From positions 277,409 to 329,024 of the forward strand of contig PS015032.1 of the NCBI GenBank assembly GCA_048213135.1: 51,616 nucleotides of DNA. The letters run 5' to 3'. The translations under genes were made by a program, and so were the position numbers. The DNA comes from Reclinomonas americana ATCC 50394. Its lineage: Eukaryota. The notes under the pieces are model-generated. The model did not search any database. It saw only the letters and a program-made list of their open reading frames with translations, and had not been told where the DNA came from. Shown here one piece after another: positions 1-13,001 of this stretch; the stretch's first letter is position 1; the number at the start of each line of letters is the position of its first letter.

Positions 1-620
1 AATAGCAACACGAGAATGAAAGGTTGTGGATGCCGACGGTGTCACATAGGCGGCCATCTCAATGGGCCTTGCGCTACGTCTGGTCACATATGACATGTGT
101 GCAGACGGTCATCACGGAAGAGCCGGGCACGCGGACGGACGAGAACGGACACCACAACTCTATCATGCACGAGTTGCACTACACGTGCAGAGAGCAGCAG
201 GCAGAGCACAGTATGCACGTTGAATTTGCAGTAAGGAGAACACACAAACATGCAGCAGCACATCGTGAGAGTGAACAATCACTGCTGCCGAGTTCTCGAT
301 CACCACTACCCCACACAACCCGCGCAACAGCGATTATCATCAACCTTCGCGAATCGTGCGAGTTGTGTGGGGTGGAGTGGAGAGCGACGAATGGCAAACA
401 GGTACTGTTGGCTCTCATGAGACGGCACAGGAGGACAGAATGGACAAGAGTACAAATACACGAGAGTGACGAGTCATCGCCACACAATCGCAGCCCCACC
501 ATCTTTGCCCAGCAGCAGTCCACATACAAGTAAAATGATATGACGCAGCAAGCTGCTGGTGCGATGACAGTGGGTGCGATACGGACGAGACCGCGCCACC
601 ATCGTCTAACTCACAGGCAA
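1..620 (-). CDS. Possible 5' part of an unidentified spliced gene running off the left edge
   Basis: Exon-like segments (e.g. YLFAIRRSPLHPTQLARFAKVDDNR followed by a T|GTTGCG donor near 328). No family recognised; boundaries are approximate. Confidence 0.25.
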
Positions 621-655
621 CCACCACTGCCATTGGTCACCATCATCGGTGCCGA

Positions 656-3582
656 TCATGTGCGGTAGTCAGGAACAAACTCCGCCACAATCGATCGAGC
701 CGGCTTTCGCACACGTTTCAGAAGATTCCAGACCTGCCGAGAACATAAATATGTTGAGAACAGCATCTGACTCGGCCAGCAACAGCACAACCCCGAAAAA
801 CCTCATCATCTTAGTTTCACAGTCAGCGACAACATCGCCACGCACGCACGCATACAAAGAGTCCTGGCGCAATCGGCAGCCACTGCACTCGTTGGTAACC
901 GAGCTGTTCAACTCCCCACACACACTGCCATCAAATTTTACCATGCTGGAACACGTACATACCACAGCGCACATGAGAATCGAGTGAACGTGTGGTAACA
1001 AGAGTAAACGCACCTTAGAGAACACGACATGGGAACACAGGCATATCTCCGTTACCTCTCGCCGATGGGCACTGATGAGACGTGGAATGCGAGAACCGAC
1101 AAGTCATGTATCTAGATGACTCGCCGCCCCCCGCACCCGCCAACTCAACACGCTCTCGACGGGAGGTAAAGGAGATCACCAGCCGCCGCTTGAAGGCTTC
1201 CCAGCAGGGGCTTTTCGGTTTCCATTCCGTGAACCCGGCACCATACTGAGTGGAATCGCCAGCGCCAATGGACAAAAAATGGGCGACAGACAGTGATGAA
1301 CGGNNNNNNNNNNNNNNNNNNNNNNNNNNNNNNNNNNNNNNNNNNNNNNNNNNNNNNNNNNNNNNNNNNNNNNNNNNNNNNNNNNNNNNNNNNNNNNNNN
1401 NNNNNNNNNNNNNNNNNNNNNNNNNNNNNNNNNNNNNNNNNNNNNNNNNNNNNNNNNNNNNNNNNNNNNNNNNNNNNNNNNNNNNNNNNNNNNNNNNNNN
1501 NNNNNNNNNNNNNNNNNNNNNNNNNNNNNNNNNNNNNNNNNNNNNNNNNNNNNNNNNNNNNNNNNNNNNNNNNNNNNNNNNNNNNNNNNNNNNNNNNNNN
1601 NNNNNNNNNNNNNNNNNNNNNNNNNNNNNNNNNNNNNNNNNNNNNNNNNNNGGAGAGGGAATGACATGACACGGACCGTTAGTCGCAGGTGCCGTAAGCC
1701 GTGACCGCAAGCACTGCACGTGTGCCACATGATGACACTGCCGCAGCTCGCCGCATTCACCCTCCACCAGAGGATGCGAACAGGCGGGACAGAGGGCATC
1801 GGCATCACCACCGCACTTCTCGCGACATTCGGCACTGGTGAGGCGCCGCCAGAACGCTTCCTCGCCAGGTCGCACCTCCTGGCGCACAATCTTGTGCTCC
1901 ACACCGCTTTCCTCAAAATAGCACACCGACACAGCGACCTCCGCCGGCGGTACGGACTTGAGCGTTGCAAGAATGCTGCAGGCCACAATGAGGCGCAGTG
2001 AACCAACCACACAGTAGCAGCACCCAGATATCGTACAAACCGAACGGGGCGAGAATTCTCGGCGCGGCGTGGCACATATCGCAGAGGGCACGGCTGGCCC
2101 AATTGCGGTGGTGGCCGCGACTCATACCACCGTTCCAGGGTCCATGCCAGGGCACTGTCAAGCGCGCCGTCGGTTCCATCGACCCTGGACCACGACGACC
2201 ACGGCGACAGCAGATACAGCGTTTCCGTGTGCTCGGCACTGCGCGCCAAGTCCGACAGCCGCTCAACGACCAACGCCGACTGTGCCTCCTTCGAAGCATC
2301 CTTGAGCCATTCCACCACGGCTGCGTGACCGCCGCGAACTGCGTGGGTAATGGGAAGCGCTCCCTCCGCATCCGCAACCTCTACACTTGCAGGCCACAGC
2401 TTGACCAGGAACTGAACAACGGCCAAGTGGCCCTCTGCAGCAGCCAAGTGCAGAGGTAGTCGGCGCATGGAATCCGTCATGGACAAAGCGGGCGGCTCGG
2501 CCTTGTGCAGCAGCTCTGCCGCCTCGAGGTTTCCCACAGCGGCGGCAACATGCAACGGGGTTCGTCCGCGATCATCCAGTGAACACAGCAGTTCCTTTCT
2601 TGAGATGAGGTACATGAGAGCCTTGGTCTTGCCGGTCTCCACGGCCTTGTGCAGCGTCGGCAATCCGTCACTCGGTGGTCGATGCTTGCCACTACTCGCC
2701 GGCGAGGACGAACCCTGTCCGTCCATCGAAAAGCCGGGCGGCAGCTTCACGCCAACTGTGCACGAAATCAAGGGTTCTCGTTTCAGATTGCAGCTAAACA
2801 ATAAATGCAACGAAACCAAGAGCAAACGCACCACCACCACCACTTCCACCAGCGCCAATACCACGACTTCCACCAGCGCCAATACCACCACTCCCGCCAG
2901 CGCCACTACCACTACCACCGCCGCCTACGCCACGAACACCATCACCGGCTACAACGCCACGAGCACCAACGCCAACGCCGCCAGACTCCGGAATCAGCTT
3001 GCCAATCAGTGTTCGCCATTCTTGAGCTCGACTGCGTTCTCTGATAAAAGTCGCGAGGGCGCGGACAGCTTCGCGAATGGCGCCAAGCGCGTCCAGCGAT
3101 GACGCCAGTCCTTGCTCTTGCTGGCGCTCACGCTCATTCAGAAACAGTTTCACCAATGCCAGAGCGTCCCGCTAAACAGTGAAACAAGGAAACAGTCGGT
3201 CTCCGTGCCAGCAGTCGCCGCAAAAACGCACAGATGGAGAAAACGCAACAAATCCGCTTTCGTGCACAAGTGGCACAGGTAATAACGGCGGTGGTGAGTC
3301 GCGTCCAAGCAACTCGATCAACTGCACGACGTAGCCCGGAAGTCCCAGCGACGCGTCCACTTTATCCTTGGTGCGACGCCACGGCTGATTCTTAGGCTCC
3401 GACTTGATGGCCCATCTCCACTCACTGTCCACAGGATAGTAGCGGAAATAGACTGGGGATTCCGACGCCGGTGGCAGGTAATACCGGCAGTGTCCATCGG
3501 GACCACGGAGAGCGGCACAGTCGGGAACGCGTCGAGCTGCAGGTTTCAGTAGCTCCTCGAGCACTTCACGCGGAAAATCAAT

Positions 3583-3658
<76 letters not shown>

Positions 3659-4315
3659 CGCTCNNNNNNNNNNNNNNNNNNNNNNNNNNCACTTGCACGG
3701 TGGTCAACTCGCAAGGCAAATGCCTGCGGTCGGTCTACAAGCCGGAGGTGTATCCCGGCAAAGCCAAGGAGAAGTTTGTGTACAAGAAGACGGTGGAGGT
3801 GCCAAGCAGTTTTGCGGAGCTGGGCTTCTCCGCCGTGGCTGAGTCCGCGTCAGCCAAGCTTGCTGCGGAACTGTTGCTTGCGGTGGTGACGGATGACCGG
3901 GACTTTCTGTGGCGCGCCGTCAAGGAATGGCCTGGTGTGCTATACGGCACATTAGACAAATTCGGTCGCACGGCTGTCCATCTGGCCATCATCACCGGCA
4001 ATGAGGAGATGATGAACGACGTGTTGCAGCTGGCGCCTGATTTGATTCGCGCCGTGACGGATTCGCGGCATACGTCGTTGCATTTGGCCGTGGCATCGGG
4101 GTCGCTGCGGCTCGTGCAGGAGGTGGCACGCCGGTGCCCGGAGCAGATGACCGCCGTGGATAGTCTTCGTCGCACACCGCTCCATTTGGCGGCGCAGAAA
4201 GGATTGCTCGACATTGCCGTGTGGCTGGCCCAGCAGCACCCCGAGGTCTTGAAACAGACNNNNNNNNNNNNNNNNNNNNAAGGCATGCATCACACTAACA
4301 AGCGCGCGCTGCCAT
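656..4315 (-). CDS. Multi-exon ankyrin-repeat protein with Gly-rich linker and RING-like domain (candidate E3 ligase)
   Basis: ATG 4315 (MAARA|gttagt). Exon ~3582-3250 splices in frame to 3171-2831 (ESGF|RDAL), then to 2755-~2025 with ankyrin motifs (GRTPLHVAA, RRLPLHLAA). A RING-like CPAC..C.H.AH..C follows at ~1790-1700. The 3' end is uncertain (gap 1304-1651; putative last exon ...FVPDYRT*). Confidence 0.65.
3585..3656. repeat. (CA)n microsatellite in an intron
   Basis: Perfect CA run. Confidence 0.95.
3690..4259 (+). CDS. Ankyrin-repeat exon on a gap-bounded contig, probably an inverted piece of the minus-strand ankyrin gene
   Basis: GRTAVHLA, HTSLHLAV and RRTPLHLAA motifs; open frame with no ATG start or stop of its own between N gaps 3664-3689 and 4260-4279. 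Confidence 0.75.
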
Positions 4316-4394
4316 TGGCTCCTCTGTGAGGACGCACACTGAATTCAGTAATCCACAAACACAGCACCAACAAGTGAGAGAGTGCATGAATATA

Positions 4395-7300
4395 TCACAC
4401 CGACAGTGCCCCCGAGTGTGCCATCAGCACAACCGGTGAGAACAACGGGAACGCCAACGTCGGGAACAGCGATTTCAAGGCCTCATTGGTGTCTTCCACG
4501 GCCGATTGTGTCACTTCAGAGACGCCGGACGTTCCCGACGGCAACCGCGGATGGTGAACGATGACTGGCAGCAACGACGAGAACATCTCCTTGCTGAAGA
4601 TCTGTACAAACTGATTGTAAGAAAAGAATGGCGGATTTGCACCACAGTACAGCATGCATGATCAATAATACCTTGCCGAGCGCAGTGAGAACCGCAGCAT
4701 CCACCTTGGTGATGCGGTGCTTTGGATCGCTAGGGAACCACAGAATCTGCACATCACGGCCATGTAAGCATTTCCTGTGCAGCACATTGCCCACAACCGG
4801 CGCAGATCCAAGTGTAACTGTGTGTGCAACGCAGGGGTGCGGTAAAGATTGGACGATACTGTTGGCCACGGACTCGTCATCTCCGTAGGACGGTGGAATG
4901 ATAAACTGCAAACGGCGCCCGCCCGCCACTGCAACACTCATCGTAGCCGATTCTCCCATCCGTATCTGCAGCGCAACGCAGATGAGTACGACATCACAGA
5001 ACAGACACGCGCAAGTCGTACACTTGTGAGGATACCTGATCGTCGCAAAATTCACGATCGCAGCTCGCTCTGTCACCAAAAAGGTGTTGTGCTGCCAACA
5101 GGAAGCGGAGCCGTTCTGCACGCACACGCAAACAGTAAATCGACATGCAACAAAATACACAACATAAACAAACAACGTACCTGACATTGCACTGCCAACA
5201 CACAAAACCGACACCACTCGGCTCTCTGCGGATTTCAAATCGTGCAGTGTGTCCAGCAGGCGCTCACATAGGTGCAACAGTGTTCGGTCCGCAAATGCCA
5301 CTTGCTGCGGCGATGACATGATCGCATCACGCTCCGCCTCTTTCTCATCCGCGCCCGCGTCCACCGCCACACCAAGAACAGTCTTGCCGGCCGTCGGCTG
5401 AGCCACACTCCCCGACGAAAGTACAAGCAAGCTGGCAGCGCTCTCCACGCTCGAGGCCAAGCCGTTATCTCCGCCTCTGCTGCCAAGTGACCATGCACGC
5501 ATGGTGAGCACGCAGTCACCCTCGCCTTTACCGCCGGCACTGCCATCGACGCCAAGTGTGCTGCGGTCTTTCGGCACCGAAAAGGAACAGCCCAGCTGCG
5601 AGTACGACTGCAGCACAAAGCGTGCCACCGGTGCTGAGACAGACACAGGCGACCTGCCGCTACCCTGCCGCAGTGTCGAGGTCAGGCGCTCAACAAACTT
5701 GAGCTTGTCGTCGTTGGTGCGGCACAGGCTACCGCGGTCGTGAAGCTGCTTCGACATGTCGCGATTCACCGCATCGCAAAACACACGAAAGCGGAAGTGC
5801 AGCACCAGTTGATACTGCAGATCAACGCACTCCTGCTCACGCGGTGACAAATGGTAAGGCATGTGCGTCACAGCAGCACACAAAATCTGATTGCACACAG
5901 GACGTCACCTCAACAAACTGCGCCCGCTCCGCTGCGGTCACTGCCGTTTCCGTCGTCTGTGACGAAAGCACACACGCACACACACACACATTGGTTGTTC
6001 AGTTCAGAGACGTGATCTATAGCTGCACACAGAAAAAAGGGGCGAAACGCACCACATTGTGCAAGAAATCACAGCGATGCATCAAGCAGTGGCCGTCGAT
6101 ACTGGTGGTGGCGATGAACTCGCAGTTTGGTGACACATCAATGCGCACTACAGCAGCAGAGTGCCGCTCCTCGAACTCAAACAATTTCACTCCGTGCTGA
6201 TGCGACCACACCGAAATCGAACCGTCCCGACAGCCCACGAGAATCAAACGCGCCGTCGTTAGCATGAACGCCAGCGAAGTGATACCTCCGGGAACGACAA
6301 GCGTGCGAGGCGGAGCACCCTGCCGCACTCGTGCATTCTTCCACACGACGAGCTCGGAATCCGAGCTGGCGGCAGCAACCCACAACGTGTTGGGCGAGAA
6401 GCACGCGACGGCCAACGATCGCGGCCAACTCGGCCAGCTGTCATCTGGACCAGTGGTCAGGTCCACCATCTCCATCTCCTCAAATGAGATTGTGTCGTCG
6501 TCATCCACGTCCAGTCGCCACACACGCACGCGACCGTCGCTCGTCAAGGCATGCACACGCCGACCCCTCTCCACGTAGCTCAGATTGACCAATGGAACAA
6601 TCGGTGAGTCTGGTGACAATAGTCGCGCCACAGGTTTGCCAGCAAGAGGATCCCACCAACAGACGCGTCCCGCACGACAAGCACACAGGACAAGCCNNNN
6701 NNNNNNNNNNNNNNNNGGAATCGAACATGCGACCAGTGCAGTCGGATGACCACACGCTTGAGGTGCCTGTGGCGCTCTGTATGGTCTCATCGACAGCTGG
6801 CGATGTGGTATTCTCTGGGCACAATTCTGGAGAGATTCGACGTTGGGTTCTGTGCGACGATGAATTCGAGGAGTCTGAAAAGCCAGTGTTGGTCCACGAC
6901 GGCTCTGCGGGAGTCATGGTGAGTGCACTGGCCATCTCTGCCGACGGCGATCGCCTCGTGGCCGGTGTGTGCAGTGCGGATGGCGACGACACTCTTGACG
7001 GCTCACTGTACGTGTACGACACGGAGACCATGACTGTAGTTGATGATGGTGGATCGCGGAGTGTACGGTCATTGGCTGTCGTTGAAAGTGATGTTGTTGT
7101 AGGAGAGGAAAGCGAGAGCCTGGAAGGGCCACTGATTCTGGCAGGCCACCAAGACGGCAGCATTGGCGTGTGGAGGTTGTCAGACTTGCGTGAAGTGACT
7201 GTGGCTTACAGACTGCACTCTGCGCCAGTGACGAAGTTGTGTCCACTTCCTGCGGTCGCAGCGTCGTGAGTGGAGACGAAGCAGGTGCGGTGCTGGTGAC

Positions 7301-9087
7301 CGACTGGGTGCACGGTAAGCTTGAGGCTCGCTTGCCATCGCGCACGAACTGTCCCGTCGTGTCGTTGCTGGCACTGGAGGAGTCGCAGTCTATATTGAGC
7401 AGTGGCTACGATGACACTGTCAGTGTTGTGAGCATGGAGAACTTTGAGGAGATTCACGTGAAGCACTCGCCCGCTGGCGGTGTGGGGCACCTTCTGTGCG
7501 CTGCAAAAGTCGGTGACGGATACTCACCATTTGTGGGCTTGGTGGCGGCCGACTCGGGCGCACTGGACGTGTTTCGCGCCAGCACGGTTGCCGCTGTGGC
7601 GTTTGCCGATAGCGGGAGTTGGATGGTGGTCGCTTTCGGATTCGGCGCGCGAAGTTGCCGCACGTATTCAGTAGGCGAGGAGGACAGCGGAGAGAGAGGG
7701 TGGGTGCCGGGGGAGAACCTGACTGATGTTGGCGATGAAGTCACCGCCTTGGTCGCACTGAATCAGCCTCNNNNNNNNNNNNNNNNNNNNNNNNNNNNNN
7801 NNNNNNNNNNNNNNNNNNNNNNNNNNNNNNNNNNNNNNNNNNNNNNNNNNNNNNNNNNNNNNNNNNNNNNNNNNNNNNNNNNNNNNNNNNNNNNNNNNNN
7901 NNNNNNNNNNNNNNNNNNNNNNNNNNNNNNNNNNNNNNNNNNNNNNNNNNNNNNNNNNNNNNNNNNNNNNNNNNNNNNNNNNNNNNNNNNNNNNNNNNNN
8001 NNNNNNNNNNNNNNNNNNNNNNNNNNNNNNNNNNNNNTTGCCTTGCGCGAGCACTCGAGGTTTCCTCTCGCCAGCAAACCAAGCCACCACTTGACCACCC
8101 GGCAACGCCACACTGCACGTGACATGTCCAACGAACCGCTGCCGTTCGTGATCCACCAGCTCAGCACTTTGTTCTTCCAAGTTACGCAGCTCATCGCTTC
8201 TTGGGTCGATATCCGATTGGAGGCGCTTTTCAAGACTCTGTATCACTTTGTGAGTCCAGCAGCAGATGCAACGAGGACGGCAGAAAAGAACAGGTGACCA
8301 GACCATGCACACTGCGCGGTCGAGAACCTCCAGAAGATCCGCATTGTCGATCTCCTGTTTGTCATTGCCTCGTGATACCACCCAGCGCTTGTCGGTGTAC
8401 GCGCGGTCCTGTGCTCCGTCGGCCACCTCCACTTCGACGAAACGGCAGTCTTGACGGACAAGTGTGAGCACATGTGTTTGCGACAGGGTGGAGAAAAAAA
8501 AGACGTCAACCGACGCACCAGTGCGACCACGCAGCATTGACCGACATCGCTTGGTGGCATCGCCATCATGGCCATTGGTGTCTCGCCGGCGAATCATCAG
8601 CACCACGGGATCCCCGCAGGTTTCTTTGTCGGCCTTCTGAGCAAGCAGGTGTTGAATGTGGTCCTCCGACGACTCCGCGGTGAACGGCTGCCACAGGCAA
8701 CACGTCGCAGGTGAGCATTTACAATACACCACACACACTACGTCGATGATTTTTTACCTTATCCGCCACATGAACACGGATGTATTCTCCCCGACAGAGC
8801 TCGTCAAACGCCGCTCCGATCTTCTTCCATCCTTCGTGGAACAGGGGACCGAGATTCTCAGCTTCGCCAGCATCCAATGTCGGCTGCATTCGCGAGAGGG
8901 AGAGGGAGAAGGAGGGAGGGTGAGGGAGGGAGAGGGAGGGCGGAGAGGGAGGGTGAAGGAGGGAGAGGGGGGAGGGAGGAGGGAGAGGGAGGGAGGGAGG
9001 AGGGAGAAGGAGAGGGAGAAGGAGAGGGAGAAGGAGAGGGAGAAGGAGAGNNNNNNNNNNNNNNNNNNNNGAGACATAAGGGAAAAT

Positions 9088-9119
<32 letters not shown>

Positions 9120-10997
9120 ATGACAAGAGACAAGTGGGGAAAAATTGGAGGCAGACATGCGTATGAGTGACGTTAGGGAGAGATTGTGTGAGAGACACAA
9201 ACACACATTCGACTGGTCACAGGCCACTGGACTCCTACATGTCCGCACTCTCTGTCTCTGTCTCTCACTCCTCTCTCTCTCTGTCTCACACTTATACGCA
9301 CACTCCAACACCGTCACGCAACTTCATGCACTGCCAACAAAATGACTACGGGACGTTGCTGCGACGGCTTGCCAGTGTCGCGCGCCTGTTTAAAACTCTG
9401 CAGCAGAAATGCTGCGTAGCGGTCAAGGGCCATCTTTGATGACACGACGGGTGCGGTGGCCATTTCTGTGCAACGAGTGAGATACTGAAATGCTCAAACA
9501 CACAAATGAGCAAATCCACACCTGTCACAAGCTGCTCCGTGATTCTCACACTCGGACAATCGGCCACCGGCCGCCCTGTCTCGTCGAGTGCTCGCACGAG
9601 GACGTCGATGGGTTTGCCGTCATGGCGCGTGAGGACGAGTAGCCCGGTCTCCGCCGGGACAATACGAACTGCACGAATTCACCAATGTCAGCAATGTGAT
9701 GCGAAACGATTGGACGACTGCAGAGGGAAGAGAGAGAAAAAGAGAAGAGCAGGAAGGGGAAGGAGGACGAGCCAAGACAGAATATAAGTGGCAGACAGGT
9801 GGAGAGAAGGGATGGAGGGAGAGGGAAGAGACGGAGGGAGGGAGAGGAACGAGAGGGAGCGAGAAAAAGAGATGAGGAGAAAAGGGAACTAGCTGCACGA
9901 CAAAGAGACAGACGGAAAGGAAGAAATAGAAAGAGAGGAAAGGGGAGGGAGGAACAGGGAAGAGACGGCGAGCGACAGCGATAAGAAAGGAAGAGAAAGA
10001 GAAGACGCGCAGACTAGAAAATGAGAGATAAAGCAGGTTTTGAGAACTGTGAACGCACCGTGCGGACTATCCGCAGTGGAGAGTGTGGCAGTGGATGGTG
10101 ACGGTGTACTGGTTGGCTGCAATCGTTTCGAGTTGGCGTTGCCTGCGCGAGTACAGTTGTTTTCATCATGCACATCCGACGTCGCCTCCGAGCTCTCTAA
10201 CATCATGTTCAGACAGGGCAGCGACTTCGCGTCCGTGGATGGCGCCGGCGATGAATCGTTCGAGCCCATAGGATCGCGAAAATCAGGAGTCCGCACAAGA
10301 GATGCAGGCCTATCAGGAGTGATTCCGTGCATGTCACCTCCCGGTGTCGTGCGTTTCTCAGAAGCCACTTCGTCTTGCTCGTCGGCGCCAGGCGTCACTC
10401 GCACATCTGTTCTTCCATGAGGATGGAGCAAGAAACATTCTTTTTTAACACACAGATCACAGACTGACCCGTGACGCTCAGGAACTGTGGGTGACCAGCC
10501 TTCGGCCAGCGCACTTTGATCCCAGCCGAGTCAGTTGCGTTCCACGGAAAGGTGACCTGCGGAAAAGGCGAGTCGCTGTGCGAGGAATTGATTGAAACTC
10601 CGGCAGGGGAGGGGCCGCCAGCCGTGATTGCGGCACGGTGGTCAACAGGCTGAAGAACACGATGGGACATGAATGAGAAAAGCGGGAAAAACATCTTGTG
10701 CGCGCGTTCGAAGACGCACCATCTTCGCATATCCGGCGACGTCACACAAATCACAATCACACATGCAGATGCGAAACACAACGGATGCACAAGCAACGAG
10801 TGCGTGGCACAGACAAAAACACCAGACAACAGAGTGAGTGCGGACACGGTGGCGTGCATTCAAAATAGTGTTGACCAACCACTGGCACATGTGCTCCCTG
10901 CAACACCCACCAGCGCCCAGAACCAGTCAGCAATCGGTCGCCAGGCGCAAGAGAGTGTGGAGAAGCACCCACCGAGTCCGCTGGACGACGCCCCATG
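4395..10997 (-). CDS. Large multi-exon WD40-repeat-containing protein of unknown family; 5' end uncertain
   Basis: WD40 repeats at 6696-6050 (ILVGCRDGSISVWS, HSAAVVRIDVSPNCEFIATTSIDG). In-frame splices AMS|ERL, DDQ|IRM and ALGK|FVQ lead to the stop at 4395. Upstream coding segments at 8040-8880, 9320-9660 and 10040-10650 are on the same strand. It could be two genes. Confidence 0.55.
6717..7770 (+). CDS. WD40-repeat coding segment on a gap-bounded contig (probably inverted part of the minus-strand WD40 gene), with a frameshift near 7240
   Basis: FSGHNSGEIRRW, LAGHQDGSIGVW, VVSGDEAGAVLVTDW and LSSGYDDTVSV; bounded by N gaps 6697-6716 and 7771-8037. Confidence 0.75.
8895..9118. repeat. GA-rich simple repeat ((GGAGAGGGAGAA)n and (GA)n), intronic, containing a gap
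   Basis: Visible polypurine tandem repeats. Confidence 0.9.
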
Positions 10998-11934
10998 GCA
11001 CACAGGGGGACGCCGTCGCCAGGCGAGCGCTTTGCAATGCGAGATTTGTGAGCGATGCTCAAAGAAGCTGCTGAAGGAGGTTGGAGCGTTCTATAGGGTG
11101 ACCCACGCAGTCGATTGTGCGCTTTCTTGTCCTCGATGGAAAAGCGACCGTGTCCACCTCAACAGAGAGTGAAAAATTCGAAAAAAATCTGACAGCGACT
11201 GAAATCGCGTCTCGCCCACTGAAGCCGGATCGTGATGCTAAATTTCACGAGAGCAGGTGCATGCCAATCGCGCCAACTTTCTGCACTGAAAAAGCTGCAG
11301 GGTGTCAAGGTGCTCTATCCACACGCACCAACAAGTTTCGAGGAGGCAACTGAGACGCACTCGGCATTGCGTGCAATCCTGGCAAACCGGACGTGGCGGT
11401 GGGTTTGGGTTCATCTCTCTTGGATCGCAGGGGGCGTCTGTTTTTGAAACCCGGCAAACCCGGTCGTCAGCCAACAACTTCACTTTGGTGCTCTCTCAAC
11501 ACGAGCACGCTTGAGACTGTGTAGCGAAACAGTGGCGATGGTAACCCACACGAGAAGAGAGACTTCCAGCGCCAGCGAAATAGAAAGCGAAACCCACCAA
11601 ACACATTTCAGACGCTGTGATCGTCGACGACTGTCTGACTGTACACAACCCCCAAATGCACTTGGGTCTACACACGCACGAAACACGCCAGTGAAGGCGA
11701 GAACATGCCAGCGAAGGCGAGAACAACCACCAAGAACACATTAGTGTGAATCCCACTCAGAAGATCTTTCTGACGCACGGAGGAGTGGAAAAGTGCGATG
11801 AGAGCTCATCGCAGCGCGAAACAATGAAAGTGCAAGGGTGATGGAGATAGTAACTGAGTATGTTTGTGTGTGAGTGAGAGAAAGAGAAGACATTAGCATC
11901 ACATGCCAGTTGCATCAAATACGGAGTCTATCTT

Positions 11935-12262
11935 TCACTCTCTCTCTCTCTCTCTCTCGCACACGCTCACTCACGCTTTCACTCCCTCGCATTCACTCAC
12001 TGTCTCTCTCTCTCTCTCTCTCTCTCTCACGCACACACACATACACACAACGCAGCCGCAATCATTCATGACAAGAGCACTCTCACTCCTTCTCTCACAC
12101 TCTCACTCTTTCACACTCACTCAAACTCACACACTAGCTCACTCACTCCATCTCTCACTCATACACTCTCTCACTCTCCCTGCAGCTAAGCAACGATTTT
12201 GCAACGGGTCGACCGACAGAATCGTGGAATTCCCTCACTCACACACTCACACACAAACACAC
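11935..12262. repeat. TC/CA low-complexity tract upstream of the proteasome gene
   Basis: (TC)n, (CA)n and CTCA runs. Confidence 0.8.
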
Positions 12263-12892
12263 ATGGAGAGCGCACTCTTCGCCAAGGCGCGTCCACTGGA
12301 CACGCCCGCCGTCGACCCCAAGACGCACACCAAGTTGCGTCTCTCTCTCTCTTTCTCTCTTTGCGCGAGATGGCGCGAGAGTTCAAGTTTGTTCACCCAC
12401 CATGTCGCCAACCCGCGCTGCAGGTCGCCGACCGTCACAGGCTCCTCTGTGCTCGGCATCAAGTACAACGGCGGCGTGCTGATCGGCTGCGACACGCTTG
12501 GTGAGTGGGGGGAATGTCGCGCGCCATATCACACTCACACAACACGCGCGCGCACTTGTCTCTCACTTTGTGTGTGTTGTGCAGCCTCGTATGGCTCACT
12601 GGCGCGGTACAAGGAGATCAGCCGCATTCACAAGCTGGTGAGTCACGCGCGACTGTGTGTGTGAGAGAGAGACAAGTCAAATGCGCACAGTGCTCACATT
12701 GCGCGCGCGTGTTGTTTGCAGAGTGATCGATGTGTGTTTGCTGCCACTGGCGAGTACAGCGACTTCCAGTTCTTGTCGGAGCACTTGGATACTTTGGTGT
12801 TGCGTGCTTTTGTGTGTCGCGCGCGAGTGTTGAGTGCGCTGATTGTGTGTGTGTAACAGTCTGCGTGACTTTACGACGGATGATGGTGCAAC
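12263..12892 (+). CDS. PSMB4: 20S proteasome subunit beta-7 (PSMB4/Pre4), 5' part only (5 exons); remainder not visible
   Basis: Spliced product ...HTK|SPTVTGSSVLGIKYNGGVLIGCDTL|ASYGSLARYKEISRIHKL|SDRCVFAATGEYSDFQFL...LDTLV|LRDFTTDDGAT matches the beta-7 N-terminal signature. Confidence 0.9.
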
Positions 12893-13001
12893 GTTGCGTG
12901 TGAGACGGCGAGGGAAGGGGGATGAAAAGGGGATGAAAAGGGGAGGGAATGGGGATGAAATGGGAAGGGAATGGGGAGGGAAAGGGAAGAGAGAGAGAGA
13001 G

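Noticed and set aside
12799-12859. Non-canonical TT-AG introns (cut after the G of GTTGCG)
   Set aside because: This would frameshift conserved proteins (here giving TCT GCG TGA); GT-AG cleavage keeps the frame.
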